Shown: one piece after another, positions 28,665 through 39,110 of the stretch | How positions within the stretch are numbered: the first letter of the stretch is position 1 | How the letters are laid out: the number at the start of each line of letters is the position of its first letter | Assembly: GCA_965203485.1 (NCBI GenBank) | Contig: OZ241892.1 | Coordinates: forward strand, 3,264,001 to 3,328,000 | From: Longimicrobiales bacterium | GTDB lineage: Bacteria > Gemmatimonadota > Gemmatimonadetes > Longimicrobiales > Gaopeijiaceae | Length of the DNA: 64,000 bases | Direction of reading: 5' to 3' | Program-made: the position numbers and the translations under genes | Notes under the pieces: generated by a model | What the model was told of the DNA's origin: nothing | The model's input: the letters and a program-made list of their open reading frames with translations, nothing else | Database searches by the model: none

Positions 28665-30281
28665 ATGTCCGCAACAGCCGTTGCCGAACGCGGCGCCAGC
28701 CTGGGCCGGGCCGTGCGTCGCTTGGGAGGAAGGGCGACGCTGGGCGACGTGGTGGCGGCGACGGGAATGCCGAGCGCCGAGGCGGAGTCCGGGCTCAAGA
28801 AGCTCCTGGAGACCTGCCGCGGCCATCTCGAGGTGTCCGATTCCGGCGAGCTGCTCTACAGCTTCGACCCGCGCATCGTGGCGCGCGACGCGGAGTCGTT
28901 CGGCGTTCGGTTCCGAAGGGCCGCCTGGTCGGCGTTCAAGACCGGGTTCAAGATATGGACCGCGGTGATGCTCGTCGTGTACTTCGTCGTCTTCGTGGTG
29001 CTCGTCATCGCCGCGATGACGGCCAGCCGGAGCTCCGACCGCGACGGCGGCTTCGGCGGGAGGCGCTCGGGCGGCTTCGGCCTGGGCGACCTGTTCTTGA
29101 TGCATTGGCTGCTCGGCGGCAGCGGGTGGCGCAGGGGCGGCCTGTACTACGGCGACGCGCACGCCCGGCGTCTCCCCAAGGAAGCGAGGCCGCCGTTCTA
29201 CAAGAAGGTGTTCGCCTTCATCTTCGGTCCCGAGGATCCGCGTCCCACGCGGCGCCAGAAGGACCGCAGCGTGCTGCGTCTGATCCGGGCTCGGCGCGGG
29301 GTGCTGACGACGGCGGAGCTGGTCGAGCACGCGGGGCTCGCATTGCCCGAGGCCGAAGAAGAGATGGGCCGCTTGACGGGCGCGTACGGCGGCGACCCGC
29401 TGGTGTCGCCGAAGGGCGAGGTCGTCTACACGTTCCCCGACCTCATGAAGAGCGCGCACGGCCGGGTGCGGGACCGGGAGCCGGCCCCGGCCTGGCTTCG
29501 TCTGGAGAAGCCGAAGAAGCTGACGGGCAACAGCGGCGGCTCGAATCTGGTGATCGGGGGGATGAACGGCTTCAACCTGGCCGCTGGATTCGCGATCGGG
29601 CTGTCTCCGGCGCTGGGGATCGCGCAGGTGGACGCGCTGGCTCTCGATCCCGCTTTCGTGCTGGGGCTCGGCGTCGTGCCCGTCGTCTTCAGCAGCATGT
29701 TCTTCGCGATTCCGGCCTGTCGCGCGCTGGGGCTTCGGAGCGAGAACGCCGCCCGGCTGCGGCGCAACGTCCGGCGCGTGCTGCTGGGACTGGTGTGCGC
29801 CGAAAGCGTGGAGGAGGTGAGGTGGATCTCAGTCCGGCAGGCGACCGGCCGCGTCTTGCGGCAGATGGAAGGCGCCGGGGTCGGCGCCAAGCTCGTGGCC
29901 GCCGAGCTGGAGACGCTCGCGTCCGAGTTCGGGGCCGACGTTGAGGCGGACGACGACGGCTACCGCTACCGCTTTCCGTTGTTGCGCGCCGCCTTCGTGG
30001 AGGCGGAGCTGGTGCGGCGCGGGATCAAGCTGGAGGACTGGAAGCCGGGGCAGATCGTCTACTCGACTTCGGACTCCGGCGAGGAGGAGGCCCAAAGGGA
30101 CGCCGCCGCGTTCGACCGGGAAGTGGCCGGGGCAGGGCTGGACTTGTCTCGCTACCTGCCTTCGCCGGACCGCATCGGGTACCGAGAGGACTTCGAGATC
30201 GTACTGGACGAGGCGGCCGAGGCGCCGGTCAGGAACCGGGGGCGCCGGAAGCCGAACCGCTACCGCTCAATGCGCGGATGA
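28665..30281 (+). CDS. Conserved membrane protein (At5g03900-like family)
   Basis: RATLGDVVA...GHLEVSDSGELLYSF and a second repeat GGDPLVSPKGEVVYTFP, TM segments. Confidence 0.65.
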   Translation: MSATAVAERGASLGRAVRRLGGRATLGDVVAATGMPSAEAESGLKKLLETCRGHLEVSDSGELLYSFDPRIVARDAESFGVRFRRAAWSAFKTGFKIWTAVMLVVYFVVFVVLVIAAMTASRSSDRDGGFGGRRSGGFGLGDLFLMHWLLGGSGWRRGGLYYGDAHARRLPKEARPPFYKKVFAFIFGPEDPRPTRRQKDRSVLRLIRARRGVLTTAELVEHAGLALPEAEEEMGRLTGAYGGDPLVSPKGEVVYTFPDLMKSAHGRVRDREPAPAWLRLEKPKKLTGNSGGSNLVIGGMNGFNLAAGFAIGLSPALGIAQVDALALDPAFVLGLGVVPVVFSSMFFAIPACRALGLRSENAARLRRNVRRVLLGLVCAESVEEVRWISVRQATGRVLRQMEGAGVGAKLVAAELETLASEFGADVEADDDGYRYRFPLLRAAFVEAELVRRGIKLEDWKPGQIVYSTSDSGEEEAQRDAAAFDREVAGAGLDLSRYLPSPDRIGYREDFEIVLDEAAEAPVRNRGRRKPNRYRSMRG

Positions 30282-30909
30282 CGTCGCGCCAGAACTCGAC
30301 GGGCTGAGCCCCCATCAGCGGCCGTCCGTTGACCAGAAAGAACGGCGTGCCCGTCACCCCCGCCCTCGCCGCTATGGCCTGGGCGCTCCGCAACCGCTCC
30401 CGCGGCCGGGACTCGGCCACGCACGCGCGGAACTCGGCCTCGTCGGCCCCCGCCTCGCGCGCCATCGCGTCGAAGGCCGCCGAAGCGTCGGGGCTGCGCG
30501 CCCAATCGCGCTGGCGCAGGTAGAGCGCGCGGCTGACCTCCTCGAACAGGCCCTGCTCGCCCGCGCACTCGGCGGCGTAGGCGGCGGGCAGGCCGTTGGC
30601 GAACATGCCGCTGGCGTACGGCACGTACTTCCATTGCACGGCTCCCGAGTCGATGAACTCCCTGAGGAGCGGGAACGTCTCGGTGTGGAATTGCCGGCAG
30701 TAGCCGCATGCGTAGTCGCTGAACTCCACGACCTTGACCGGCGCGTCGGCCGCCCCGAAGTCGAAGCCGATCTCGTTCAGCGAGAGTTCCTGGAGCGCCT
30801 TCGCGGCGCCTGCGCCGGGGCTTCCGCAAGCCGCGGCAGAGATCAGGAGGCAGGCCGCGATTGCGACCGGCAGGCGGCCGCGGCGCGGCGACGGCGGACT
30901 GCTTTGCAT
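30229..30909 (-). CDS. DsbA/thioredoxin-fold lipoprotein
   Basis: VEFSDYACGYC, GVTGTPFFLVNG, lipobox AAAC. Confidence 0.9.
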   Translation of the reverse strand: MQSSPPSPRRGRLPVAIAACLLISAAACGSPGAGAAKALQELSLNEIGFDFGAADAPVKVVEFSDYACGYCRQFHTETFPLLREFIDSGAVQWKYVPYASGMFANGLPAAYAAECAGEQGLFEEVSRALYLRQRDWARSPDASAAFDAMAREAGADEAEFRACVAESRPRERLRSAQAIAARAGVTGTPFFLVNGRPLMGAQPVEFWRDVIRALSGSGSASGAPGS

Positions 30910-31098
30910 GGTCCTCTTCGTTTCTTGGGCCGTTTGCCGCAGGGCGACGCCGCGCAACGCCTCCACGGCGCCCCGCCAGCAACGCTTCCGTTTAGTATAG
31001 AGTATACCGGGCCGGGCGGCGCGGCGGGCTTGGAAGTCCGGCGCTTGCCGTCGGCACGAGGCCGTTCTCTCACTCGGGCAACAAGCGGAGAGCCTTGC

Positions 31099-31368
31099 GT
31101 GCGCAGCAGATCGAAGCTCCTGGCCAGCCTGGAAGCCGTCTATCGCGAGGCGTTCGGCGAGGCCGAGAAGGCCGGCGACCAAGGCCGCATGGAAGATCTC
31201 GACTTCAAGTTCCGGCGCGACCAAGTGATGCTCGAGGTCATGCTCGACGTCCGGGACGGCCTTGTCGGCCTGTCGGGCGACTCCGGCGGCGGCGGCGCGA
31301 GCGACGACGCGGGCCTGCTCGACAAGGTGCGGGCCGCCCGGAAGCTCACGAAGCTGCTGCCGAGGTGA
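31099..31368 (+). CDS. Small hypothetical protein
   Basis: GGAG SD + GTG, helical acidic sequence, directly upstream of adenosyltransferase. Confidence 0.7.
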   Translation: MRSRSKLLASLEAVYREAFGEAEKAGDQGRMEDLDFKFRRDQVMLEVMLDVRDGLVGLSGDSGGGGASDDAGLLDKVRAARKLTKLLPR

Positions 31369-31375
31369 GTCCGCC

Positions 31376-32059
31376 TTGAAGCTCTACACGCGAGGCGGCG
31401 ACCGCGGCGAGACGGGGCTGTTCCTCGGTGTGCGGGTGCCCAAGCACGATTCTCGGGTGGAGGCGTACGGGACCGTGGACGAACTGAACGCGGCGCTCGG
31501 TTGGGCGCGCAGCCAAGTGACCAGCGGCGACACGCTGGAGCGGCTGCGGCTCGTTTCGGAGGACTTGTTCGCGGTCGGATCGAGCCTGTCGGTGCCGCCG
31601 GGCGAGGCGGAGCGGGCGAAGCGGCTCTTGCCAGCGTTGCCCAGCGAGCGAATCGGCGCCATGGAGGCATGGATCGACCAGGCCGTGGAGGAGACCGATC
31701 CGCTTCGCAGCTTCGTGCTGCCGGGCGGAGGGCCTGGGGCGAGCGCGTTGCATGTGGCCCGCACGGTGTGCCGGAGAGCCGAGCGGCGGGTCGTCGCCCT
31801 GGCGGCCGTCTCGGCCGTGGACGACGACGTGGTTCGCTACCTGAACCGCCTCGCCGACTACCTGTTCGCCGCCGCGCGCCTCGAGAACAAGCGGACCGGC
31901 GAGACCGACGTCGAGTGGCGTCCCAAGCGCCCCGCGTCCGGCGACGCTCCTTCCGCGCCCGAACCGATCCGCGCCGCCGTCCGCCCCAGCGCGGGACCCC
32001 CGCCACCGAACCCTGACCGCAACGGCGCCCCGGCCCCCGCCCGCCCTCCGTTGTCCTAG
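31376..32059 (+). CDS. Cob(I)alamin adenosyltransferase, PduO-type
   Basis: KLYTRGGDRGET, AYGTVDELN, ARTVCRRAER, YLNRLADYLF. Confidence 0.93.
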   Translation: MKLYTRGGDRGETGLFLGVRVPKHDSRVEAYGTVDELNAALGWARSQVTSGDTLERLRLVSEDLFAVGSSLSVPPGEAERAKRLLPALPSERIGAMEAWIDQAVEETDPLRSFVLPGGGPGASALHVARTVCRRAERRVVALAAVSAVDDDVVRYLNRLADYLFAAARLENKRTGETDVEWRPKRPASGDAPSAPEPIRAAVRPSAGPPPPNPDRNGAPAPARPPLS

Positions 32060-32068
32060 CGCCGCCGC

Positions 32069-32935
32069 ATGACGCCGCCCGCCCGCCCCGGCTCTCCGCT
32101 CGTCGAGCGCCTGCGCCGCGAGATCACGCCGCCGCACGGCGAAGTCGTGGACGTGGACGTCCGCCGGCGCGTGGACGGCGAGCCGCGCACGGCGGTCGTG
32201 GTGGTGCACGGCTTCAAGGGCTTCAAGGATTGGGGATTCTTCCCGTATGTGTGCGAGCGCTTGGCGGCGGCGGGCCACTTGGCGGTCTCCTTCAACTTCT
32301 CGCTGAACGGGGTCGGCGCCGGCCGCAACGACTTCAGCGACCTCGACGCGTTCGGGCGCAACACGCTGAGCCGCGAGATGGAAGACTTGCACTGGGTCCT
32401 GGACCAAGCGTCGGCCGGCGAATTCGGAGATGCGCGGCCCGAGCGCATCTGCCTCCTGGGGCACAGCCGAGGAGGCGGATCGTGCGTCGTGGCCGCCGCA
32501 GAGAGGGACGACGTAGGCGCGCTGGCCACCTGGGCCGCGATCTCGACGTTTCGGCGCTGGACCGCCGAACAGGAAGCGGACTGGGACCGCGCCGGCGTGA
32601 CGCACGTGCCGAACGCCCGCACGGGACAGGACATGCCGCTTCGCCGGACGCTGCTCGACGACTTCTTGCGCAACTCCGCCCGCCTCGACGTGCTGTCGGC
32701 GGCCGAGCGGTTGCGGGCGCCCTGGTTGGTGGCGCACGGGGCCGACGACGCCACCGTGGCGGCCGACGAAGCGCAGACCCTCGCCGCTTGCTCCAACCGG
32801 GCGGTCCTGGAAATCGTGGAAGGAGCCGGTCACACCTTCGACGCGGGCCATCCGATGGGACCCCCCTCGCCCGCGCTGTTGCATGTGGTCGGGCTGACGC
32901 TGCGGCACTTCGAGGGAACTTCGCGCGACGCTTGA
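32069..32935 (+). CDS. Alpha/beta hydrolase
   Basis: [25 protein letters not shown]. Confidence 0.9.
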   Translation: MTPPARPGSPLVERLRREITPPHGEVVDVDVRRRVDGEPRTAVVVVHGFKGFKDWGFFPYVCERLAAAGHLAVSFNFSLNGVGAGRNDFSDLDAFGRNTLSREMEDLHWVLDQASAGEFGDARPERICLLGHSRGGGSCVVAAAERDDVGALATWAAISTFRRWTAEQEADWDRAGVTHVPNARTGQDMPLRRTLLDDFLRNSARLDVLSAAERLRAPWLVAHGADDATVAADEAQTLAACSNRAVLEIVEGAGHTFDAGHPMGPPSPALLHVVGLTLRHFEGTSRDA

Positions 32936-33050
32936 ATTCGGGTTGCCGAGAAACGCGCCTTCGACACCCGCCGACGGGACTTGCGCGACGGTGTTGCTTC
33001 GGCAATCATTGGGCGCGTTTTGCCGTGCGGCAACCACCGACGAGGAACGG

Positions 33051-33284
33051 ATGACCTACATCATCGCAGAGCCATGCATCGGCACGAAGGACGCGAGTTG
33101 CGTCGAGGTCTGTCCTGTCGATTGCATTTACGAGTCCGAGGAGCAGTACTTCATTCACCCCGACGAGTGCATCGACTGCGGGGCCTGCGAGCCGGAATGC
33201 CCGGTCCAGGCCATCTATCCGGACACGGACGTGCCGCCGGAGTGGACCGAGTACATCGAGAAGAACTCGGTCCACTTCGAATAG
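33051..33284 (+). CDS. Ferredoxin (7Fe-type dicluster)
   Basis: MTYIIAEPC...CVEVCPVDC...[18 protein letters not shown]. Confidence 0.95.
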   Translation: MTYIIAEPCIGTKDASCVEVCPVDCIYESEEQYFIHPDECIDCGACEPECPVQAIYPDTDVPPEWTEYIEKNSVHFE

Positions 33285-33454
33285 CCCTTGGGACCGAGAC
33301 GGCGGGCCGGGCCGACAAGTCCCCGGCGGATGCGACCGCGCGCGTGCTCGCACCGCCTCGAGGCCGAGACGGCGGAGACCGGCAACCTCTCGCTTGTCGG
33401 CGATGCGCCGTCCCTGCGCCTTGCGGAGCGCCCACAGGTTGGCCTGAACGTCGA

Positions 33455-33486
33455 AAGGGGGGCGGCGTCCGCGCACCGCCCCCCTT
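33455..33486. terminator. Hairpin terminator between convergent genes
   Basis: AAGGGGGGCGG-N10-CCGCCCCCCTT 11-bp stem. Confidence 0.7.
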
Positions 33487-33519
33487 CCTTCCGGGCTCGC
33501 CGATCCCAGCAGCTTCGGA

Positions 33520-33699
33520 TCAGATGCCCAGCTCCCTCAGCTTTTCCAACCTGATTTCTCCGGACGCGGTCTCCCCCGGAGGAACCCTGTCGGCAACGAC
33601 TTCGGACGCTTCGGTCCGATTGCCGCTCTGACGGAGCAAGGCCAGACCCGCCGCCGCCAGTGCGGCCGCCCCAACCAGACTCACGGTGAACTTGCGGAT
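33520..33699 (-). CDS. Small (59 aa) N-terminally anchored protein, probable ATC start; not in ORF track
   Basis: AAGGGAGG SD 5 nt before ATC; (M)RKFTVSLVGAAALAAAGLALLRQ...IRLEKLRELGI*; alternative GTG at 33684. Confidence 0.65.
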   Translation of the reverse strand: MRKFTVSLVGAAALAAAGLALLRQSGNRTEASEVVADRVPPGETASGEIRLEKLRELGI

Positions 33700-33767
33700 G
33701 GCTGCCTCCCTTCAGGTCTGCGGGCGCGCGGCTCGCGCACGCCCTGGTCGTGTTGCCCGGATTCCTC

Positions 33768-33783
33768 TGCAATTACCGTGCCA
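33768..33783 (-). promoter_or_regulatory. Sigma-54 promoter
   Basis: TGGCACG-GTAA-TTGCA, full consensus match. Confidence 0.75.
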
Positions 33784-33924
33784 AGCTTTCCGGGCCGCCG
33801 CCGTCCCCACGCGCCGGAGGCGTCCGGGTACGCGCGGGCGTTGCCTTCCATGGCCTGTCGGCATCCATTGGCCGGGTGCCGCGCAACCGTGCGAGCAATC
33901 CCCCGCTTGTAGGATTTCCTGACG

Positions 33925-35184
33925 ATGTCGCCAAAATGCGACGCCGGTGTCCGCCGCGCGCGACGCCCGGCGCACGCGCCCGTCTTGCCTGCGGGCGCCT
34001 CCGCCGCGACGCCGCGCCCCGGACCGCCGAACCAGTCGCTCGTCCGGTCCCCCTGCCCCGTCGAGATGACTCGGCTGCTCGTGCGGACGCCTTCGGTCAA
34101 CCCGGAGCTGGAGGAGGGCGGCGCCGGAGAGGCGGGCGTGGCCGCGAAGACGGCGGAGTGGTTGCGGGCGTGGGGATGCGAAGTCGCGGTCGGCGAAGCG
34201 GCGCCGGGCCGGTGCAGCGTCGTGGCGCGCAAGGGACGCGGGGCCGGGCCGTCGCTGTTGCTGAGCGGCCATCTCGACACGGTTGGCGTGGCGGGCATGA
34301 CGGAGCCGTTCTCGGGCGAACTGCGCGACGGCAAGGTCCACGGGCGCGGCGCCGCCGACATGAAGGCGGGGGTCGCGTGCATTCTCGCCGCGGCCGCCGG
34401 GATCGCCGGCGAGGAGCTCGAGGGGCAGCTGGTCGTGGCCTTGACGGCGGACGAAGAGCACGCCGCGGTCGGCATGGAGGCGTTGCTGGAGGGAGGACTG
34501 CGAGCCGACGCCGCCGTGGTCTGCGAGCCGACGAGCCTGGCCGTCATGCCCGCCCACAAGGGCTTCCTTTGGATCGAAGCCAGCGTCGCCGGATGCGCGG
34601 CGCACGGATCGCGGCCCGACGTGGGAGTGGACGCGGTCGTGCACGCGGGCCACCTGCTGGTCGCGCTGGACGCGGAGGCCGGGCGTCTGGCGGCGGAAAC
34701 GGGCCACCCGCTCCTGGGCCCGGCCTCGGTCCACGCCGGCCTCGTCCGCGGCGGATCCGCTCCGTCCGTCTACGCCGCCGAGTGCCGGCTGGTGGTCGAG
34801 CGGCGCACTCTGCCCGGCGAAGGCCGCGAGAGCGTCATGGCGGAGATGGCGCGCGTGGTGGAGGCGGCCCGCCGATCGCGCCCCGGGCTGGACGCGAAGA
34901 TCAAGCCGGGGCTGTTCCGCGCCGGAACCGAAGCGGATCCGGAAGCGCCCGCGTTTCGCGAGCTTCGCCGCGCCTGCGCGCGCGCCGGACTGCCCGACCG
35001 GCTGGAAGGAATGTCGGCCTGGGTGGAAGCGGGCCTCCTCAACGCCTCCGGCACGCCGGCGGTGTGTTTCGGTCCGGGATCGATCGCCCAGGCGCATGCC
35101 GCCGAAGAGTGGGTCTCCGTCTCCGAAATACGCCTCTGCGCCCGCGTGCTGGAGGACTTCGCGCGCCGCTTCCTGGCGGGCTGA
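33925..35184 (+). CDS. ArgE/DapE-family M20 deacylase
   Basis: GHLDTV, GRGAADMK, DEE, VCEP, AHAAEEW; start uncertain. Confidence 0.9.
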   Translation: MSPKCDAGVRRARRPAHAPVLPAGASAATPRPGPPNQSLVRSPCPVEMTRLLVRTPSVNPELEEGGAGEAGVAAKTAEWLRAWGCEVAVGEAAPGRCSVVARKGRGAGPSLLLSGHLDTVGVAGMTEPFSGELRDGKVHGRGAADMKAGVACILAAAAGIAGEELEGQLVVALTADEEHAAVGMEALLEGGLRADAAVVCEPTSLAVMPAHKGFLWIEASVAGCAAHGSRPDVGVDAVVHAGHLLVALDAEAGRLAAETGHPLLGPASVHAGLVRGGSAPSVYAAECRLVVERRTLPGEGRESVMAEMARVVEAARRSRPGLDAKIKPGLFRAGTEADPEAPAFRELRRACARAGLPDRLEGMSAWVEAGLLNASGTPAVCFGPGSIAQAHAAEEWVSVSEIRLCARVLEDFARRFLAG

Positions 35185-35366
35185 CCGGGCAGGGGGGCTT
35201 CGCGCTCGCCCGGGGGGCGTCCCGGCGGGGGTCGCTCATCGTGTCCATCGCGTCGCGGGTTCCGCGCTCGCCGGGGCTTCGACCGAAGCCAACGAGCCCC
35301 TGCGGTTGCTCGTTGCTCGCGGACGGGCGGAGTCCGGCAAGCGGCGACGGCAAGCCGGCCGAACCG

Positions 35367-37763
35367 CTACTCGCTAACTGGACGCTGGCGCGCGCCGATG
35401 ACGTACTCGGGGGGTTCGGCGCCCAGCAGGTGGCGCACGAAGTAGTCCCAGCGGCGGCGCATCATGTAGGGCTCGGCGCCGAAGCCGTGCCCGCGGTTGG
35501 GGAGCAGGATCAGGTCGAAGTCCTTGTCGGCGGCGATGAGGGCGTCCACCACCAGGAGCGTGTTGTAGTGCGGGACGTTCGTGTCCATGGTGCCGTGAGC
35601 CAGCAGGAGCTTGCCCTCGAGATTCTCGGCCAGCAGCTGGTTGGCTTGGTTGTCGTAGTTGGTCGTGCCGTCCGGGCGCGTCTCCAGCAGACCCTGCCAC
35701 TTCTCGCCCCAGTCGTCCTCGTAGTTGCGGTTGTCGTGGTTGCCCGCCTGCGAGACCGCCACCTTGTAGAAGTCGGGGTAGCGGAGGATGCCTGCCGTGC
35801 TGGCGAACCCTCCCCCGGAATGCCCGTAGATGCCGACGCGGTCCAGGTCCAGCCATGAATGCCGCTCGGCCAGCTGCCGAATCGCGCCCACTTGGTCGGG
35901 AAGTCCGTTGTCGCCCATGTTGCCGTAGTAGGCGTCGTGGAATTCCTTGGACCGGCCCGGCGTTCCCATCGCGTCCACCTCCACGACGACGAAGCCCAGC
36001 TCGGCAATCGACTGCTTGTCTCCCCGCGACGCCCGAAACGACCGCGAACCCACGCTCCCCGACTGCGGTCCCGGGTACAGGTAGTTGACCACCGGGTAGG
36101 AGCGCGTCGAATCGAAGCCGGTCGGCTTGTACATGAGGCCGTGCAAGTCGGTCGCGCCGTCGCGCGCCTTGACGACGAACGGCTCGGGAGGCCGCCAGCC
36201 GCTGGCCGCCAAGCCCGAGATGTCCGCGCGCTCCAGCTCGGCGACGATCCGGCCCCGCTTGTCCCGCAGGACCGTCACCGGAGGCTCCACGGGCGTCGAG
36301 TAGCTGTCGACGAAGTACTCGCCGGAGGGAGAGAACGCGACGGCGTGGTCGGCGCTGTCGGGCGTGAGCAGCTGGAGGCCGGAGCCGTCCATGCCGACCC
36401 GGTACAAGTAGCGGAAGTAGGGATCGCCCGGTTCCCGGCCCGATCCGGTGAAGTACAGAACGCGCTCCTCTTCGTCCACGCGCAGAAGGCGCAGGATGTT
36501 CCAGTCGCCTTCGGTAACGCGGCCCAGCAAGCTCCCCGTGTCGAGGTCGAAGCGGTACAAGTGGCCCCAGTTGTGACGCTTCGAGTACCAGAGCGCTTCG
36601 CCGGCGCCGTGCAGGACGCGCCAGTTCTGGCGGCCCTGTCCCGACTCGAAGAAGTGTTCCTCGACCTCTTCGAGCACGTCGCGAACTTCGCCGGTCGCGG
36701 CGTTCGCGATGCGCAGCTGCGCGCGCTTGTGGTCGCGGGAGCTGGAGACGAACGCCAGCCGGGAGCCGTCGGGGCTCCACTCCGCGTCGAGGAGCGCTCC
36801 GCCGGGCCCGGCCACGTGATCGGTGATCGACGAGCGGTGCGGATCCGGCTGCATGTCCAGCCGAACCACGGCCGGGCCGTCGCCCCGAGGCCCGTTCAGA
36901 TGCACAACGACGCGGCTGATCCGAAAGATCAAGCTGTCGCCCGGCAACGGATACTTCCATGCCGACAGCTCCGGCCTGCCCACCGCGGTCGTCGCCATGT
37001 ACATCTCGCCCACGCCCCTCGCGTCGTGCTGGAACGTGGCGATCTTGTCCGACCCCGGCGACCACAGGAGCACCGGCGAGTCGCGCTTGATCCAGCCCGC
37101 GTTGTTGGTCGCGTAGCCGTAGTCCTGCACCCCGTCCGTCGTCAGCCGCGTCTCGGCGCCCGTGGCGAGTTCCCGCACCCAGAGGTTGTGATTCCTGATG
37201 AACGCCTCCTTGGTTCCGTCGGGCGAGGCAATGGCGTCGGGAGACGCCTCGGGAGCCGGGGCGGCTGGGGCGCACGCGTAGTCCACGCAAGTCCAGGAGC
37301 GGAGGGTCACCGCGATCCCGCCGTTCGCCGCGTCGCCGATCCGCTCCACCGGCAGGCGAAGGGACGCGAGGGTCGTGTCGGCGGCCGTGCCGGCGGCGGC
37401 CGCCAAGCGCGCGTGGTCGAACGCCGGAGACCGCGACCCGCTGGAAGGATCGACCAGCACGTACTCGAACCCGCCGGACACGGAGTTCCTGTACCAGAAC
37501 CGGTCGCCGGACAGCCAGTTGGGCCGGACGGCGGCGCCCAGGACGAGCGCCGAGGTCTCGCGGCCCAGGAAGGACTCGGCGCGGGCGTAGTCGGCGGCGG
37601 TGACCTCGGGCGCGGCTTGCGCGGGAACGGGGAGGTCGTCTTGGGCGCCGACGGCGCACGGAAGTACGGCGGCCAGGGCCAGGGCCAGGGTGGCGGGGGT
37701 GCGCGGGACGGCGGTATCGAGCGAGGTCGAGACCACGTGCGGCGTGAAGGTCGGGACTGGCAT
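35367..37763 (-). CDS. S9B dipeptidyl-peptidase IV family protein
   Basis: DPPIV_N propeller, YPGPQ, GHSGGG, HGTMDTNV, GHG. Confidence 0.93.
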   Translation of the reverse strand: MPVPTFTPHVVSTSLDTAVPRTPATLALALAAVLPCAVGAQDDLPVPAQAAPEVTAADYARAESFLGRETSALVLGAAVRPNWLSGDRFWYRNSVSGGFEYVLVDPSSGSRSPAFDHARLAAAAGTAADTTLASLRLPVERIGDAANGGIAVTLRSWTCVDYACAPAAPAPEASPDAIASPDGTKEAFIRNHNLWVRELATGAETRLTTDGVQDYGYATNNAGWIKRDSPVLLWSPGSDKIATFQHDARGVGEMYMATTAVGRPELSAWKYPLPGDSLIFRISRVVVHLNGPRGDGPAVVRLDMQPDPHRSSITDHVAGPGGALLDAEWSPDGSRLAFVSSSRDHKRAQLRIANAATGEVRDVLEEVEEHFFESGQGRQNWRVLHGAGEALWYSKRHNWGHLYRFDLDTGSLLGRVTEGDWNILRLLRVDEEERVLYFTGSGREPGDPYFRYLYRVGMDGSGLQLLTPDSADHAVAFSPSGEYFVDSYSTPVEPPVTVLRDKRGRIVAELERADISGLAASGWRPPEPFVVKARDGATDLHGLMYKPTGFDSTRSYPVVNYLYPGPQSGSVGSRSFRASRGDKQSIAELGFVVVEVDAMGTPGRSKEFHDAYYGNMGDNGLPDQVGAIRQLAERHSWLDLDRVGIYGHSGGGFASTAGILRYPDFYKVAVSQAGNHDNRNYEDDWGEKWQGLLETRPDGTTNYDNQANQLLAENLEGKLLLAHGTMDTNVPHYNTLLVVDALIAADKDFDLILLPNRGHGFGAEPYMMRRRWDYFVRHLLGAEPPEYVIGARQRPVSE

Positions 37764-38366
37764 CGGATTAACACGCTCTTCGGATGAGGGATGAGAGCCG
37801 TTGCGAGACCAAGCCGGCGCCCGCAGGACGTGTGCGCAACAAGATAGGGAAAGCGTCGCTTCGTCTGCCGCTCGGCGCGAAGGCGCGGCGCCCCGGTTCC
37901 ATGCATCTTCGGAACATCGGAACGAGGAGCGGCCAGGCGATTTCCCATGTGAATAAAGGAAGACAAGCATGAAGGAATGGAGCCGGCCCGCGGCACCTCG
38001 GCGACTCTTGCGATCTGCAGGCTTCGCCAGAGGTAAGTCCGAATGCGTTACGGCCGACATCGACCAACTCTCGGCGCTGGTTCAGTTTCGAAACCCGCGG
38101 GCCTTGGCCAGCGGCGTCGTGCCCGGCCGCCGGAACGCCGAATCGTCGCGCAACGTCGTGTCGCTCGTCACCTGCCGGGGAGGACCTTGACTCGCACCGC
38201 TTGTTGAACGGCGATAGCCCTTTCATTACCTTGCGGGTCGGCAACGCGTGCGGCAGGTTGCCGGTTGTCGGCGTGACGCCTGGCGGCCTTGCCGCCGGAC
38301 GTTGCCCCCATCACGGCTCCCACTTCGCGACTAGGGCGCGGCCACGACGAGCAAGAAAGCGAACAG

Positions 38367-39110
38367 ATGAACTCCATGAATCAACGGGAACGGTTGGAGA
38401 CGAGCCGGGGATGGTCGGCGCCCATGCACGCCTTGGTCCCATTGGCCTTGTTGGCCTTGGCGGGGTGCGGAGACGCGGCGGACCGGGCGGACGAGGGCGA
38501 GACCGAGGACGAAGTGGAATCCGTGGCGCCGAGCGATTTGCTCGACCCGGCGTCGCTCGCCGAAACCGCTCCCGAGACGTTTCGGGCCGAGTTCGAGACT
38601 AATGAAGGAACCTTCGTCATCGCGGTGACGCGCGCCTGGGCTCCGATCGGCGCGGACCGCTTCTACGCGGCGGTCAAGCACGGCTACTACGACGACATCC
38701 GCTTCTTCCGTGTCGTCGAAGGCTTCATGGCCCAGTTCGGCATGCACGGCGACCCCGCCGTCAACCGAGCTTGGTCCGGCTCCCGGATCGAGGACGATCC
38801 CGTGGTCGAGTCGAACACTCGGGGCATGGTGACCTTCGCGATGGGAGGGCCGAACACGCGCACCACGCAGGTCTTCATCAACTTCGGCGACAACTCCCGC
38901 TTGGACGAAGACGGCTTCGCGCCGTTCGGCCAAGTCGTCGAGGGCATGGACGTGGTGGACCGGCTGCACGCCGGCTACGGCGATGCGAGCCCGAGGGGGA
39001 ACGGCCCCACGCAGGCAAGCATCGCGGCCCAAGGCAACGCGTACTTGACGGCGAGTTTCCCGGAGCTGGACTATGTCGTCTCCGCGAGGATCGTAGAACC
39101 GGAGAATTGA
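38367..39110 (+). CDS. Cyclophilin-type peptidyl-prolyl isomerase, lipoprotein
   Basis: LAGC lipobox, FFRVVEGFMAQFG, RTTQVFIN, FGQVVEGMDVV; start may be 38424. Confidence 0.92.
   Translation: MNSMNQRERLETSRGWSAPMHALVPLALLALAGCGDAADRADEGETEDEVESVAPSDLLDPASLAETAPETFRAEFETNEGTFVIAVTRAWAPIGADRFYAAVKHGYYDDIRFFRVVEGFMAQFGMHGDPAVNRAWSGSRIEDDPVVESNTRGMVTFAMGGPNTRTTQVFINFGDNSRLDEDGFAPFGQVVEGMDVVDRLHAGYGDASPRGNGPTQASIAAQGNAYLTASFPELDYVVSARIVEPEN

Noticed and set aside
37770..38360. Possible ncRNA or REP family sharing 10-12-mers with 19414-19490, 22200-22290, 35185-35366 and 39555-39736
   Set aside because: Matches too short to separate from chance without a search
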